NCBI GenBank assembly: GCA_002269645.1
Contig: NIVC01000341.1
Location: 124,001 to 188,000, forward strand
DNA length: 64,000 nt
Reading direction: 5' to 3'
DNA from: Macrostomum lignano
Taxonomy: Eukaryota
Positions 13,101 to 24,450 of the stretch are shown piece by piece. The position numbers were made by a program, and so were the translations under genes. Numbering within the stretch: the stretch's first letter is position 1; each line of letters opens with the position of its first letter. Below the pieces are notes generated by a model. That model was not told the DNA's origin and did no database searches. It saw only the letters and a list, made by a program, of their open reading frames with translations.

Positions 13101-13916
13101 TGCCAGCTCAGGAAGCTGAGGGTTCAGGAGAGTGCCAGCTCAGGGAGCTGAGGGTTCAGGAGAGTGCCAGCTCAGGAAGCTGGGGGTTCAGGAGAGTGCC
13201 AGCTCAGGAAGCTGGGGTTCAGGAGAGTGCAAGCTCAGGAAGCTGAGTGCAAGCTCAGGAAGCCAGCTCAGGAAGCTGGTTCAGGAGAGTGCCAGCTCAG
13301 GAAGCTGAGGGTTCAGAAGAGTGCCAGCTCAGGAAGCTGGGGTTCAGTTCAGGAGAGTGCCAGCTCAGGGAGCAGAGGCCAGTGAAACCAGGGGCTCAGG
13401 GAGCAGAGGCCAGTGAAACCAGGGGGCTCAGGGAGCAGAGGCCAGTGAAACCAGGGGGCTCAGGGAGCAGAGGCCAGTGAAACCAGGGGCTCAGGGAGCA
13501 GAGGCCAGTGAAACCAGGGGGCTCAGGGAGCAGAGGCCAGTGAAACCAGGGGGCTCAGGGAGCAGAGGCCAGTGAAACCAGGGGGCTCAGGGAGCAGGGA
13601 ACACACATACCTGTTTAACAAGCCGCAGCAGAGCACAAGCCCCATTGCCGCCAGAGAAGCCAACCAGGACCCGTTCCCCAGCTCTGATCAGCTGACTTTT
13701 ACCAAAGCCGGCCCTAAATTGATGAGTGCAATAAGCTAGAAAGCACTGGCGACAGACTGCTTGAGCGGAGCGGACCCTGGTCACTGGACAATTGTCTTTT
13801 TGGCGACATTTTTCGCAGCCAGATAACAGAGCAGATGACTGTTGCTGGTGCTGCTGTTGACGAGACAGCCTGGAAGTTAGGACAGCTGTCTCCTCCTCTG
13901 TTAAATCTGGATCGCA
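10185..13916 (-). CDS. CTU2: Cytoplasmic tRNA 2-thiolation protein 2 (CTU2/Ncs2); 4 coding exons; apparent 1-nt deletion in exon 3; start codon not in these exons
   Basis: Exons 13916-13611, 13000-12774, 11775-11398, 10562-10185. Motifs: CEKC..CRQCF..FRAGFGK..GERVLVGFSGG, RKLRFTPVFVYID, VLTGETASRLA, VRPLRQLT..E, FLGGLQQSFPATVYNILRTGEKL, CPAC, CYSC, all matching CTU2. Confidence 0.9.
10733..11375. repeat. Intronic minisatellite, 20-bp unit (aacggactcaatgacccact) with higher-order repetition
   Basis: Tandem copies in CTU2 intron 3. Confidence 0.95.
11818..12720. repeat. Intronic minisatellite, 23-bp unit (ggagcggattggagtgacaaacg)
   Basis: Tandem copies in CTU2 intron 2. Confidence 0.97.
13047..13597. 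repeat. Two adjacent ~32-bp minisatellites (ggttcaggagagtgccagctcaggaagctgag; cagggagcagaggccagtgaaaccagggggct)
   Basis: Tandem copies in CTU2 intron 1; the unit switches at ~13366. Confidence 0.95.
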
Positions 13917-14244
13917 CTGAAGTGTGTTTGGGAGATATATTGTTCCTAAGGTATTTTAGTGGCATAGATAGAAATCTTAAAGTGGAGATACAACTAGCTA
14001 GAGAAGCAACAAATATAGTAATTAATGACTCTGAAGGAAAGTATAAGCTTTAGATTATAATAATGGATATCATTTTTCTATTTGATTTAGTTTTTTTTAT
14101 TATAGCAATAGCTTCTACTCTTGCCCATGGCATAAGCTAGGTCTATATCTTAGGCCAAGCATTTTGCTATGTTAGCCATTATATCAACATTGAATAGTCT
14201 ATTTATATAGGCCTATTTATATATTAGGCCTATGCTTAGACCCT

Positions 14245-14515
14245 ATTGCAGCGCATGGCTTAAGTACGCCAGACGCCTACACAACCTGCGCCACGCTGTG
14301 AAATGACTTACCTGTGAAAGAAACCCTAAAGCAAAATTAACGCAGTTTTGGGTAAACGGCAGGAGTAACTATGACTGTCTTATCAAGCCTAAATGCCTCG
14401 GCATCTAATTAGTACCGCGCCGCGCTGTACTAATCGCCGCGCGTCGTACGTGCCGCGCCGCGCCGTATTAGATCCGCGCCGGACGCCGTCCGCCAAAATG
14501 CCCATGCGCTGCAAT
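14245..14515. mobile_element. 271-bp MITE-like element bounded by a 14-bp perfect inverted repeat and carrying a 28S rDNA fragment
   Basis: attgcagcgcatgg at 14245-14258 and ccatgcgctgcaat at 14502-14515. Confidence 0.5.
14350..14413 (+). other. Diverged 28S rRNA fragment (R2/I-PpoI target region), copy 1
   Basis: gggtaaacggcaggagtaactatgactgtcttatcaagcctaaatgcctcggcatctaattagt versus canonical GGGTAAACGGCGGGAGTAACTATGACTCTCTTAAGGTAGCCAAATGCCTCGTCATCTAATTAGT. Confidence 0.85.
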
Positions 14516-15705
14516 CAGGTGCTTAGACAATTTGTGCAATAAAACAGAATAGCTTTATGGAACATAATATTGGACAAAAGATAATTGATAAATATATCTA
14601 GGCTTTAAGAAGTTTGATAAGATAAGAGTACATTGATTTATAGTGAAAAAGAAATTAAGCCTAGGCCTAACCAAATGGATAAAACTAATTATAGACTTAT
14701 TCCAATTTACCATTTGCTTTGTAGATGTAAATTATGGCTATAGCCCAGATAGACTTATAAATAGACTGATTCATTATATCATTGTTGAAATTTTAAGGCT
14801 TTTGGGCTGGGGGCAATTAGGGATCTAAGAAAAAAGTTGAAATAAAAAAATTTAGCTGTTTTGAGAAGTTTTTAAATAATCTGTTGCTAAAACAAATGAA
14901 AACATAGCCCTCTTCTAGTTAAACATTGAGTAAGACTATTTTTATTCTTTCTTTGGGTGCTTTTAGTCAACTATGAAACCCTTATATATATGCTGCCTAC
15001 AAACAGTGATCTGAATAAGACTATTCTATTTGACAAAATTTGTATAGCAAGCAGACATATATACAAGCATTTAGGTAAGTCTACCAGGAAGCATGGCCTA
15101 GACCTAGATTGTCTGTCTACCAGGAAGCATGGCAGACAGGCAATTAGTCACATTGCAATTTGGGTAGCAATGGAATTTAGCAATGTTTTTACTTTGTTTA
15201 TTATCTCTGTCTATATTCTACATGATATTGTTACTATACTAGCAATTATACAATCAAATGCAAATTCAGAACATATATACTAAGGGTTGGATGGACTATA
15301 TTTTTATCTTAGGGACCATATCTGTGGCTTTCTTTTGGATTTGAATATTGGATAAGTATATTTTTATTTGTAAGCCTAAACATTAATTATTAGGGACCCT
15401 AGCCAAGGTTTAAGCAAAAAAATTGTCTCTAGGAAGCAAATTTTCTAGGGAATTGATGTCCCTACTATTATAATAAATAATTAGCCTTATTTTTTTAAGC
15501 AAAGAAAATTCAAACTTTTATTTGCTTTGCAATAATCTAGGCCAATTAGACTAAGGCCAGGGGCCTATACCTTATGCCATCCCCTGCCCTAGCCCTAGTC
15601 ATCATATTTATCTATAGTTATTTGCCATTCCCTTAGGTCCCAACATTTTAAATGTTCCAACAACTATACTATATGATTATAATTGCTAATATTATGTAGG
15701 CCAAG

Positions 15706-15790
15706 GGGGCCACAACCCAGTGGTAGCGCAGCTACTCTGGAGTCTGGTATGCCAGCGACCTAGGCTCGATTCCAAGTGCAGTCACATTAA
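15706..15790 (+). mobile_element. tRNA-derived SINE head (degenerate)
   Basis: A-box-like acccagtggtag and B-box-like ggctcgattcc (15763-15773) at tRNA-like spacing; no full cloverleaf. Confidence 0.45.
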
Positions 15791-16360
15791 TTTGGGGCTG
15801 AATTTGGAATCTCAGCTTGGCTCTGCTTGTGCAATTAATGGCCTTGAGGGCCAACCCCCCAAGGCACAGTGAAGTGTAGTGTATGCCTAACAATAATATA
15901 AAGTTAGGGCCGCTGCACACTCCTGTGTGAGTATGTGCTTGCGTATGTATCTGCGTGCTTGTATGCTTGCTTAGGGGAGTCGGCGGAATGGGCAGTAATG
16001 CCTCTTGCCGGTTGTGTGCCTATGTCGCTTAAAGTGTGCCAGAGTGCACACAACCCCCCTGCCTCTAATAAAAAAATTATATAGGCCTATATTGTATAGA
16101 ACTAGAAGGCAGCCAAGTGTTTTTTGATTAAATTTACAATGAAAATTTTTACAATTTAAAATTTGGCCTAGACCTAGTCTCCATACCATGTTTATTATAG
16201 GCCCCATAAGTTTTTCTGACCCAGCTTCTAAACCATATATGCGCAACCTCCAAAATTTGGTCGGCCGTGCGACTTAGTTTTAACAAAAATGCGACGTAGT
16301 TTTTGGCCAAAAATGCGACTTGCATGTAAAAAAACAGTACAGCAAAATTAACGCAACTTT

Positions 16361-16424
16361 GGGTAAACGGCAGGAGTAACTATGACTCTCTTATTAAGCC
16401 AAAATGCCTCATCAGCTACTTAGT
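16361..16424 (+). other. Diverged 28S rRNA fragment, copy 2
   Basis: gggtaaacggcaggagtaactatgactctcttattaagccaaaatgcctcatcagctacttagt; shares the upstream leader agcaaaattaacgca with copy 1. Confidence 0.85.
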
Positions 16425-16981
16425 ACTACTAGGCCTACTACTTGGGTGTTTTTTGGGTGGGCATTTTTGCAACTTCCTTGGTTGGTCGCCAAATCGGTCA
16501 GCTGGATCGGCCGACTCGGCCGACTGTTGCGCATGTGTGTTCTGAACTTTTTAATAATTTTGTCAAATGGACAACTTGTCAACATGTTTTTATATGATAA
16601 AGACAATGTTTAAATATATCTCCTATATATATCTTATATTATATAATCTATAACATTCTATAATAATGTTATAATATATAATATTATATATTAATGTACT
16701 ATTTAAACCTATGGCTATAAATAGTGTAGGACCAAGACTGCCACACACCAAGACTGCCACACTTGGGGGAGCTAGGCTGCTAGGGGAGAAATTTAGCTTA
16801 GGCCTAATGTGTTATTAATGGTGCTAAAGAGAAGATGAGTAGGTAGGAGAGCCAGCAAGACAAGGCTATAAGAGAAGAACCTATAAGAGAAATAGCAATG
16901 CTAGACTAGAAGATTGGTAGCTCCTCCTCAATACCAATAATAGCTAGTAATAGCTATAGCTGTAGTAGTCTTTGTATGGGG

Positions 16982-17113
16982 TGCCGTCAAAACGGCCACA
17001 CGTGGAACGGCCACACGACAAAACGGCCACACCGTCAAAACGGCCACACGTGGAACGGCCACACGACAAAACGGCCACACCGTCAAAACGGCCACACGAC
17101 AAAACGGCCACAC
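16982..17113. repeat. Short tandem array of aaaacggccacac(g) units
   Basis: About 7 variant units of 16-18 bp. Confidence 0.85.
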
Positions 17114-18021
17114 GATGTAATAATTTGTAATAATAAGAGATAAGAGAAGTGGAGGGTTGAATGTACATTTAAGTAGAAAGATAAATGATGAACGATCGGG
17201 GGGGGGGGGGGGTGGCGTACATGGGGGTCGAGGCACTGGTCAATTAAGAATAAAGGTGGATGGTTGCAGAGAGAGGAGCTGCAACCATCCACCTTTACTC
17301 AAATAACAATTTAACAACAGCGCAAAATATCTTATGGCAGTTAGTATTTATCTCTGATGCGAAATTTTTCATTTCATTTTTCATTTTTAACAATGGACGA
17401 CAGTTGTCCAAAGTGTCTACTTAGAGTCAGTCCTCGCCAGCATGCATTGTGCTGCGATCGCTGCAGCAGATGGCACCATCGACTTTGTCTGAAAGGTTGA
17501 GTTGCTATATAGTATGCTGTAATAGTTGCAATTTTAGTTGTTTTTTTAGTGCAGCTTCGAGTGACATTCAAGCTCCTAACTTTTTAACTTTTGTGGTAAA
17601 TTTTACTTTGTGATACTTTGTGAACCATTTTAGCATTTTTTAACTTTCTTACATAACTATTTTAGCATCTTTTAAAAATTTGCATAACTGCTGGTCGCTC
17701 CATAAAATACAATTTCGTTTTCGCTTTCGGATCCTTTTCGGCCTACATAAATTTCACAATATCTCAATGCATTCACTTCTTTTGCATTTCGATGCTGATG
17801 CAAGTACCAAAGCTAAAAATAATTACCATATCCTGTTTTCTACATAGATATTTATTACTTACGTAGGCCTAGAAATTAGCAAAAAAATTATTTACTCAAG
17901 CTAGAATTATATAGGGCCTATACTAGGCCTAGAGCCTAATATGCATTAGGATTAGGAATAGAATTAGGCCCCTACGATTAGCCTAGGAAATGAGATAACA
18001 AATGTTGAATTGCAAACCATC

Positions 18022-18243
18022 TAGTCATTTCGTCAACTGGCGTTTCGTCAACTCGACTCAACTGGCCATTTCGTCAACTCGGTTTTATCACTGGTCGTTT
18101 CGTCAACTAGCCAATGAAGCGATCTCAAACCTCGGTCACTTCGTCAACTGGCCAACAGGACAGTTCATTTGGTCACTTCGTCAACTGCCAATAAACTACC
18201 CCCCGCAGCCGCAAAAAGGTAAAACTGAACCCTGAAATGACTA
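18022..18243. mobile_element. MITE with 10-bp TIR and internal ttcgtcaact subrepeats
   Basis: tagtcatttc ... gaaatgacta; the ttcgtcaact motif occurs several times; a related copy lies at 25330-25462. Confidence 0.6.
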
Positions 18244-18587
18244 AGTCGACAGGCTAATTAATATTCATACCCTTCTGCAACATCTGCCGGCTTTCGATCG
18301 ATGCGTCTCTGTTATACGCTTGACATGTACTAACAAAATATAATGCGCTCATGTGTTTGAAACGTGTGCAGCACGACGGGGTTGACATCCCGTGTTACAC
18401 TTTTGTATATGTTAAATTCTGAATGCAGAAGTTAATTAAGAAGTAGTACATGTAGTTGAGGAGTACCCAGACCAAAAGATAACGCTTAAAGTGGCCGGGT
18501 CCTCTATTCGCAAAACATACATATAGAAAGCATTCCAAATCAAGCCATTACATACATGAATGTGGTCATGTATGACTGCGCAGCAGG

Positions 18588-18772
18588 TCGCTTGGACGGA
18601 ACAGGTCGGCGCGGTGATACAAAAGCCGCGTTGGTCACTCGCGTAGGCGATCTTAACTTGAAGGCGCGGCGCGCAGCAGGCCAGCGAGCGCCGCGTCAAC
18701 TTGTTGCTCGAGCGACTTCATCAGCGTCCAGGTCTTGACAGTGTACAGCAGGACGGTCTCTATCACCGCCTC
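18588..18772 (-). mobile_element. RTE-like non-LTR retrotransposon 3' fragment
   Basis: Translates to AVIETVLLYTVKTWTLMKSLEQQVDAALAGLLRAAF, the post-RT LLYGxETWTL motif; similar to 26650-27050. Confidence 0.7.
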
Positions 18773-19269
18773 ACCTGGAACAACGCTGCCCTCTAGCGGT
18801 CAGCTGTACATTAAGCTGGCCTCGGACTGCAGGACTCCCCCAGACATGTAAATGTACTGTAGCTCAAGCCAGTAGTGTCGGAACATATTTCAGAGTGGGG
18901 GGGGCTATTGATGGGAGGGCACATTGCACATAATTTCTTCTAATCTAAGGGCACCCAAACTCCTGCTGTTATATGAGTTTGTGGCAATATGACATAACCA
19001 GGCCAATATAATTCTACAAGCTGTTGAAACCCGCGGATTTTGAACCCGGGGAATTTCAATCCCTGGAACTATTTTGCATGTACTCATATTCTAAAATCTG
19101 AGGTCAAACTCAAACAAAAACTCGTTAATAGTTAGGTTAGAATTAAACATAAAATAGAGTACATTCGTGAAAAATTAGGATTTGAGGCAAACATTTATAT
19201 TGTTGGCTGGGGTACTGCGAACAGGCAAACTCTGGCCTCTGCCTCTCCTTATGTCCCTTGGATCCTTAG

Positions 19270-20374
19270 AAACTTCGATCTTCTCTTCTGTTTCCTCTCC
19301 TCTCTCTCGTCTCTGTCTCTTCTCTCTCTCTCTCCTCTATCCCCTATTCTCTCGTCTATTCCCTCTCCCTTCTATTCTTTTATCCCTCCTCTCCTCCCTC
19401 CTCTCTACTCTCTACTCTCTCCTCTCTCTCCTCTCATCTCTTCTCTTCTTTCCTCTCTCCTCTCTCCTCTCTTCTATCGTCTCTTCACTCACCTCTCTTC
19501 TCTCTCGTCTTTGCTCTCTTATCTATCTCTTCTTTCTCTTCTTTTATCTTTTCTCTCTTCTCTCTTCTCATTCTTTCTGCATGTTCTCTCCTCTCTCTTT
19601 CCCTCTCTCTCTCTCTCTCCCTCTCTCTCCTCTCATCTCTCTGCTCTCTCCTGTCCCATCTCTCTTTCTCCTCTAATCTCTCCCCTGTTTCCTCTCCTCT
19701 CTCGTCCTTTCTCTCTTTCCCCTGTCGTCTCGGTTCTCTCCCCTCCCCTCCTCTCTCCTCACTCACTTCTCTCTCCCTTTGTCTCACCTCTCATCTCTTA
19801 TTTCTATCCTTTTTTCTCTCCACTCTCGCATCTCTCGTCTGTTCACTCTCGTCTCTGGTCTCTCATCTCCCCTCTCTCATCTGCCATCTTTACTCTCTTA
19901 TACTCGTATGTTTTCTCACCTCTCTCATCTGTACTCTTCTCTTACCCCTCTTTTGACTCCTCTCTTTCCTTTCTCCTTTTTCCCTTCTCTTCTCTTCCCT
20001 CTTCTATTCTCTCCCTCTCTTGTCTTCTCTCTTCTCTCTTCACTCTCCTCTCTCCTCTCATATATCGCGTTCACTCTCATCTTTGCTCTCTACCCCCTCT
20101 TTCTTCTGTCATCTTTACTCTCCACTCTCCTGTGTACTCTTCTCTTTCCCCTCTACTGAATCCTCTCTTCTTACTCCTCTTCTCTTCCCTCTTCTATACT
20201 CTCTCCCCTCTATTCTCTTCTCTTGTCTCTGCACTCTGCTCTTTCTTCCTTCATCTCTCATCTCTACTCTCTCATCTTTCCTTTCATCTCTCTCATCTCC
20301 ACAATCTCATCTCTTTCCTCTCTCCTCTTCTTCCCTTTACTCTATCATCTCTCCTTTCTCCTCTCTTCTTTCTC

Positions 20375-20450
<76 letters not shown>

Positions 20451-20745
20451 TCTTATCTCCTCTCTTCTCACTCCTCTCTACCTCTCTCTCCCCTCCTATC
20501 TCCTCTCTGTTCTCTATTCTCTTCTCACTCTTCTCTACTCTCCTCTCTCATCGATCCTGTCTCATCTCTCCCCTCTTCTCTCTTCCTCTTCTCTCCTCTA
20601 CTCTTTCCTCTCCCTCCTGTCTCCCCTCCTCTCGCTTCCTCCTCCCATATTCTCTGTTCTCTCCTCGTCCTCACCCCACTCGTCTCTCCCCACTCATCTT
20701 ATATCTTTTCTCTTACCCCCCCTCTCGCCCTTCCTCTCTTTCTAA
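19270..20745. repeat. CT-rich low-complexity tract with a (CT)n core
   Basis: Pyrimidine-only strand; perfect (CT)n at ~20378-20445. Confidence 0.93.
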
Positions 20746-21938
20746 TAGTCTATTCCTTTTCTTTTTCACTCTCATCTGGCCCACAGCCATGAGCTGGATT
20801 CTTTATCCGGCCTTTGAGTTAAAAATCTACCGATCCCTGCTTCGAAAGCCAGTTTGTGGGACGGTACTATCATGGTTATCATTTCTCATGCTTTAATCAC
20901 GTCACCTTTCTGGCCAATTAGCAGCCCTGAGAGGAATTTGTGTATCTCCAGCTCCACCACCACAGTCTGCACTCTGCAGCAGTCTAACAACCAAGGAAAT
21001 ACGCATTTCTTAGGAGTCATTTAAATTTTAAAGTTACCCTATGCGAAACTTAATGTTAAAAGCTTCATGGTGTAACTAATTTAGTAGGATTGCATTGTAA
21101 TAAGTTATTCATTAATTTTTCGCTATTTCTACAAACCATCCCGCGTCGCCTTAATTTGCCTGTTTGCCATCTACTGTATCTACTGTTAAACTGCTGCAGA
21201 CTTGTCTATACAGAGGACAGTGGTTTGAATCTCTCGCTGAAACTGTCTCTCCTCTCCACGCCTCTCCACTCGCGGGGGTGCAGAGAAGGCTATTAAAAAG
21301 TTATTCCAAAACACTGTACATTCGCTATGTACATTGAGCCCTATCGCCTGACCCTTCGTCTGGGCTGGGGGGAATGAGTGATTGAGTGGCACAAACAACA
21401 GAAAAAGCAGACAAACTTCACATGCTTACAGTTTCTGTTCTGATTGAGTTATAGAGTTGAAACTTTACATTTAGATAGAGAATGGGTCAATGAAGAATTG
21501 TGTCAAGTTTGAAGTCAATCGCTTTACGTGGAGCAAACTTATGGCAGTCGAAAGTTAGTCAATTTTGAAACCCATTTTGCACATCTGGGCCCAGATCGGT
21601 ATCGGGAAAGAGAGGCAGGCGGGCGGAGGTTGGGGTGGCTGCCTCGCTGAAAAAAACAGCCTAACTTTAAAAGTGCACAGCGCCGTTCAGGATTAACTTT
21701 GAGATTCGAAATTTTACATGATTGTGCCAAAATAGTTGAAAATTGTTCCCTTTTGTCTATGGTTTCCGGCATTCATACTTGCGGTAACAATTTAATTGTT
21801 TGTCGGCTTTTTTCGATTGTTGCAGGATTTCAGACGAATGTATTTGGCTATCAAAACAAGGAGCAACAATAGCAACACGGCGAAAGTGTTTCATAGTCAC
21901 AAAAAGTTCTTAAGAACAAACCGATCGAATCAATTGTT

Positions 21939-23353
21939 TTACTTTCCGTAAAAGTTGAATGTGCAGTTGTGGAACTGACCACCACAGAGGCTTCTCGGCA
22001 GGTCTTGGCCGCCCTCGGGTGCTTTCATCAGCTCGCCTCTATCAGACCCAGTTGTCACACTTTCGATGGTGGATTCCACATCGTCGTCAATCTTGGTGAC
22101 TTTGGACCCATAGGCAGCCAGACAAGCGCTCATTCGGGCCACACAGTCCATGTCTCGCCGCTTGTATACATCCACTGAGCTCGAATTCTTGTGTCCCGTC
22201 ATTAGTGTAATCGCTTGATTATCGAAACCGGCCTTGGCCAAACAGTTCACCTAAGTTTCAGCAGTTGGGTAAGACAGTATTCTTACAGTTTTACTGATGT
22301 GAGTAGGCCATGCAATCTTTACTCACCGTGGTTACTCGCACACAATGGTTGGTGTACTTCCGCTGCAGAGCCAGACACGCACTCAGATTCTTCATGAAAT
22401 CTCCAAGTGAATCTCTGCCGAGTCGTTGGCAGGCTGAGAAGCCAGACTTATTGAGCCTTGGGAACAACACCTCACATCCATTCGGTAGTTGAGAGACGTA
22501 CATTTTAAAGGCTTCGACGGGACAAACAGCTTTGTCTTGCACGCTGTACATCCGAGCTAACTTGAGATCCTTGAATGCCTTCTCGTTCAACGACGCTTTA
22601 ACATTTTTCGACAGCATGGCGACAGCGACGCGTACAAACTCCGTACCTCCTTCTGACACTATCTCAAAACATCCAGGTGTCAACTCTCTCAGATTTTCTC
22701 GGCCTAGCAGTGCGAAATGGAGCAGAACGTTGAAAATGTTTTCGTCCTGCAGTTTACGAAGGGACGTTCGATCAAAGTATGCGCGAATTGTTTGCATGTC
22801 GTCCTCGGAAATAGCTTCGTATTTGTCTACCTTCTCTACGTGTCCTTCCATGTACATTTTCACCATGGCGACAAGAACGCCATTGCAACGCTTGAAGGCT
22901 TCTCCGGTAATGATGTTCACCTGGCGATTAAGGGACGGGGATTGCAGGTGGCGTTGATTAGCCGCACGAAAATAGATGAGAGACTTTGGCGCATAGTACG
23001 TTCCATCCTGCTTTCGAAGGGATGAATAGAAAAGCCTCAGATAATCGTTCAAAAATCGATCCGGAACACGCTCAAACTCCTGGCAGAGCCCCTTCTCGTT
23101 GAGGATCTGTCGGAACATTGCCACGTGAAGCTTCCGTTGCGTCTCGGTCGATTTCGGCACTGAGTCACTCAAGTCGGTCCAACATTTCCAGATCTTCGCT
23201 ACCTAGCTCAGGCAGCCCGTTGGAACTGGACGACGCATCCAGGTTGTCCATCTCCAGAACGTAGCGCGTGCTCGACTCTCGGGTGACAAAAGCCAACTCG
23301 TCCGTGGAGAGTCCACATATTTCTCCGCCAGGAATGTTTGCGTAGCGAATCAT
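21939..23353 (-). mobile_element. Crypton-type tyrosine recombinase (DUF3504/CryptonA-like), with one 76-nt intron and one frameshift near 23167
   Basis: YFRAANQRHL..FKRCNGVL; LLGRENLREL (catalytic R); YTNHCVRVTT (HxxR); TGHKNSSSVDVY (H, Y). GT-AG intron 22326-22251 joins RVTT to VNCLAKAGF. Confidence 0.85.
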
Positions 23354-23615
23354 AGCTACTTTTCCTATTTGCACTCCGAATAGGAGATTTAATTCAAGCT
23401 CAAAATCAACTTGAGAATTAACTCATGGCAGCCAGGATAGCTGTCTTCACTGTCCTTTAAATTTGCCATAAACGATTAATTATCTCTACAACCCTTTCAT
23501 TTAGAGAGCAACTAAATTTGCCATAGACGATTGATTATCTCTACAACCCTTTCAAAGCGCATTCCGGCAACAATCGCATTTCATACTCAGCATCCGCACT
23601 ATGTCTGGGCCATAG

Positions 23616-23978
23616 ACAAGGGAAGTCAAAAGGGTACAATAATGACATGTACCGATTTTTTTCGGCAGCAATTGCTCTACTAAGCTTCAGCCATATATCG
23701 TTACATTGTCTGTGTCAAATTTGAAGAGAATCCATAGAAGTGGAGCGGCGCTATGGAGGATTTAGTGAAAAAATTGCGCATTTTGAGCAGTTTTTTGCAC
23801 TTTTAGGTAGGGAGACTCAAATTTAGGAAATTAAAAGGTAGCCTAAGACATTCTCCGTAGTAAGTTTAGGGTGGGTGTAAAGTTTGGTGTCATTTGGTTG
23901 AGCGGTTTGGGAGTCCATAGCGATCAAAATTGTCCACACACACACACACACAGAGTTTTGATTTTTATATGTAGAGAT
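23616..23978 (+). mobile_element. Possible non-autonomous Helitron/Helentron-associated (HINE/Lep1-like) element
   Basis: 3' end architecture aaagtttggt..gagcggtttggga..(CA)n..ttttatatgtagagat resembles HINE ends; pattern recognition only. Confidence 0.3.
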
Positions 23979-24159
23979 GTTGGAGTAGCCAAAAGTCTAG
24001 CTGAAAATTCTCAAATTTTCAACTAATTTAAACATTGCGCAACTGTACTGCACTCATTTCAAGGACTGCGCTTAAGTGACTTCAGTGGTCCTTGACTAAT
24101 TTATTTAGTATATAGTCATAGGTATCTCAAATGAATGAAAATTGCAAGGGCAAGACCAG

Positions 24160-24450
24160 TAATTTTCTGGATCTCTTGGCGCTGTCTCTATTCTTTTAGC
24201 TTTTACCTCTCTCCTCTCCTCTTCCTTTTCTTCTCCATTCTCTTCTCCCTTCCCTCCTGTCTCGATCCTCGATCTCCTCTCCTCTCTCTTCTATTTCGTC
24301 TCTCCTCTCCTCTCGATCGATCCTCTCCTATTTCATATCTCTTCTCTCAATCGTATACTCTCTTATCCTTATTCCTTCGCATCTCCTTTCTTCTACGAGT
24401 ACGCCAGCTCGTATTTCTCGAGTCTATTCCCTATCCTCGATCTCTCCCTC
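24160..24450. repeat. CT-rich low-complexity tract
   Basis: Pyrimidine-biased degenerate repeat. Confidence 0.75.

Noticed and set aside
15706-15790. Genuine tRNA gene (also 42470-42556)
   Set aside because: A and B boxes are present, but acceptor and anticodon stems do not close; SINE heads.
14350-16424. Functional 28S rRNA gene
   Set aside because: Only ~65 nt match, with substitutions at invariant positions and no flanking rDNA.
20760-20896. TM7-like peptide IWPTAMSWILYPAFELKIYR
   Set aside because: No supporting splice sites or partner exons; sits at the edge of a CT tract.
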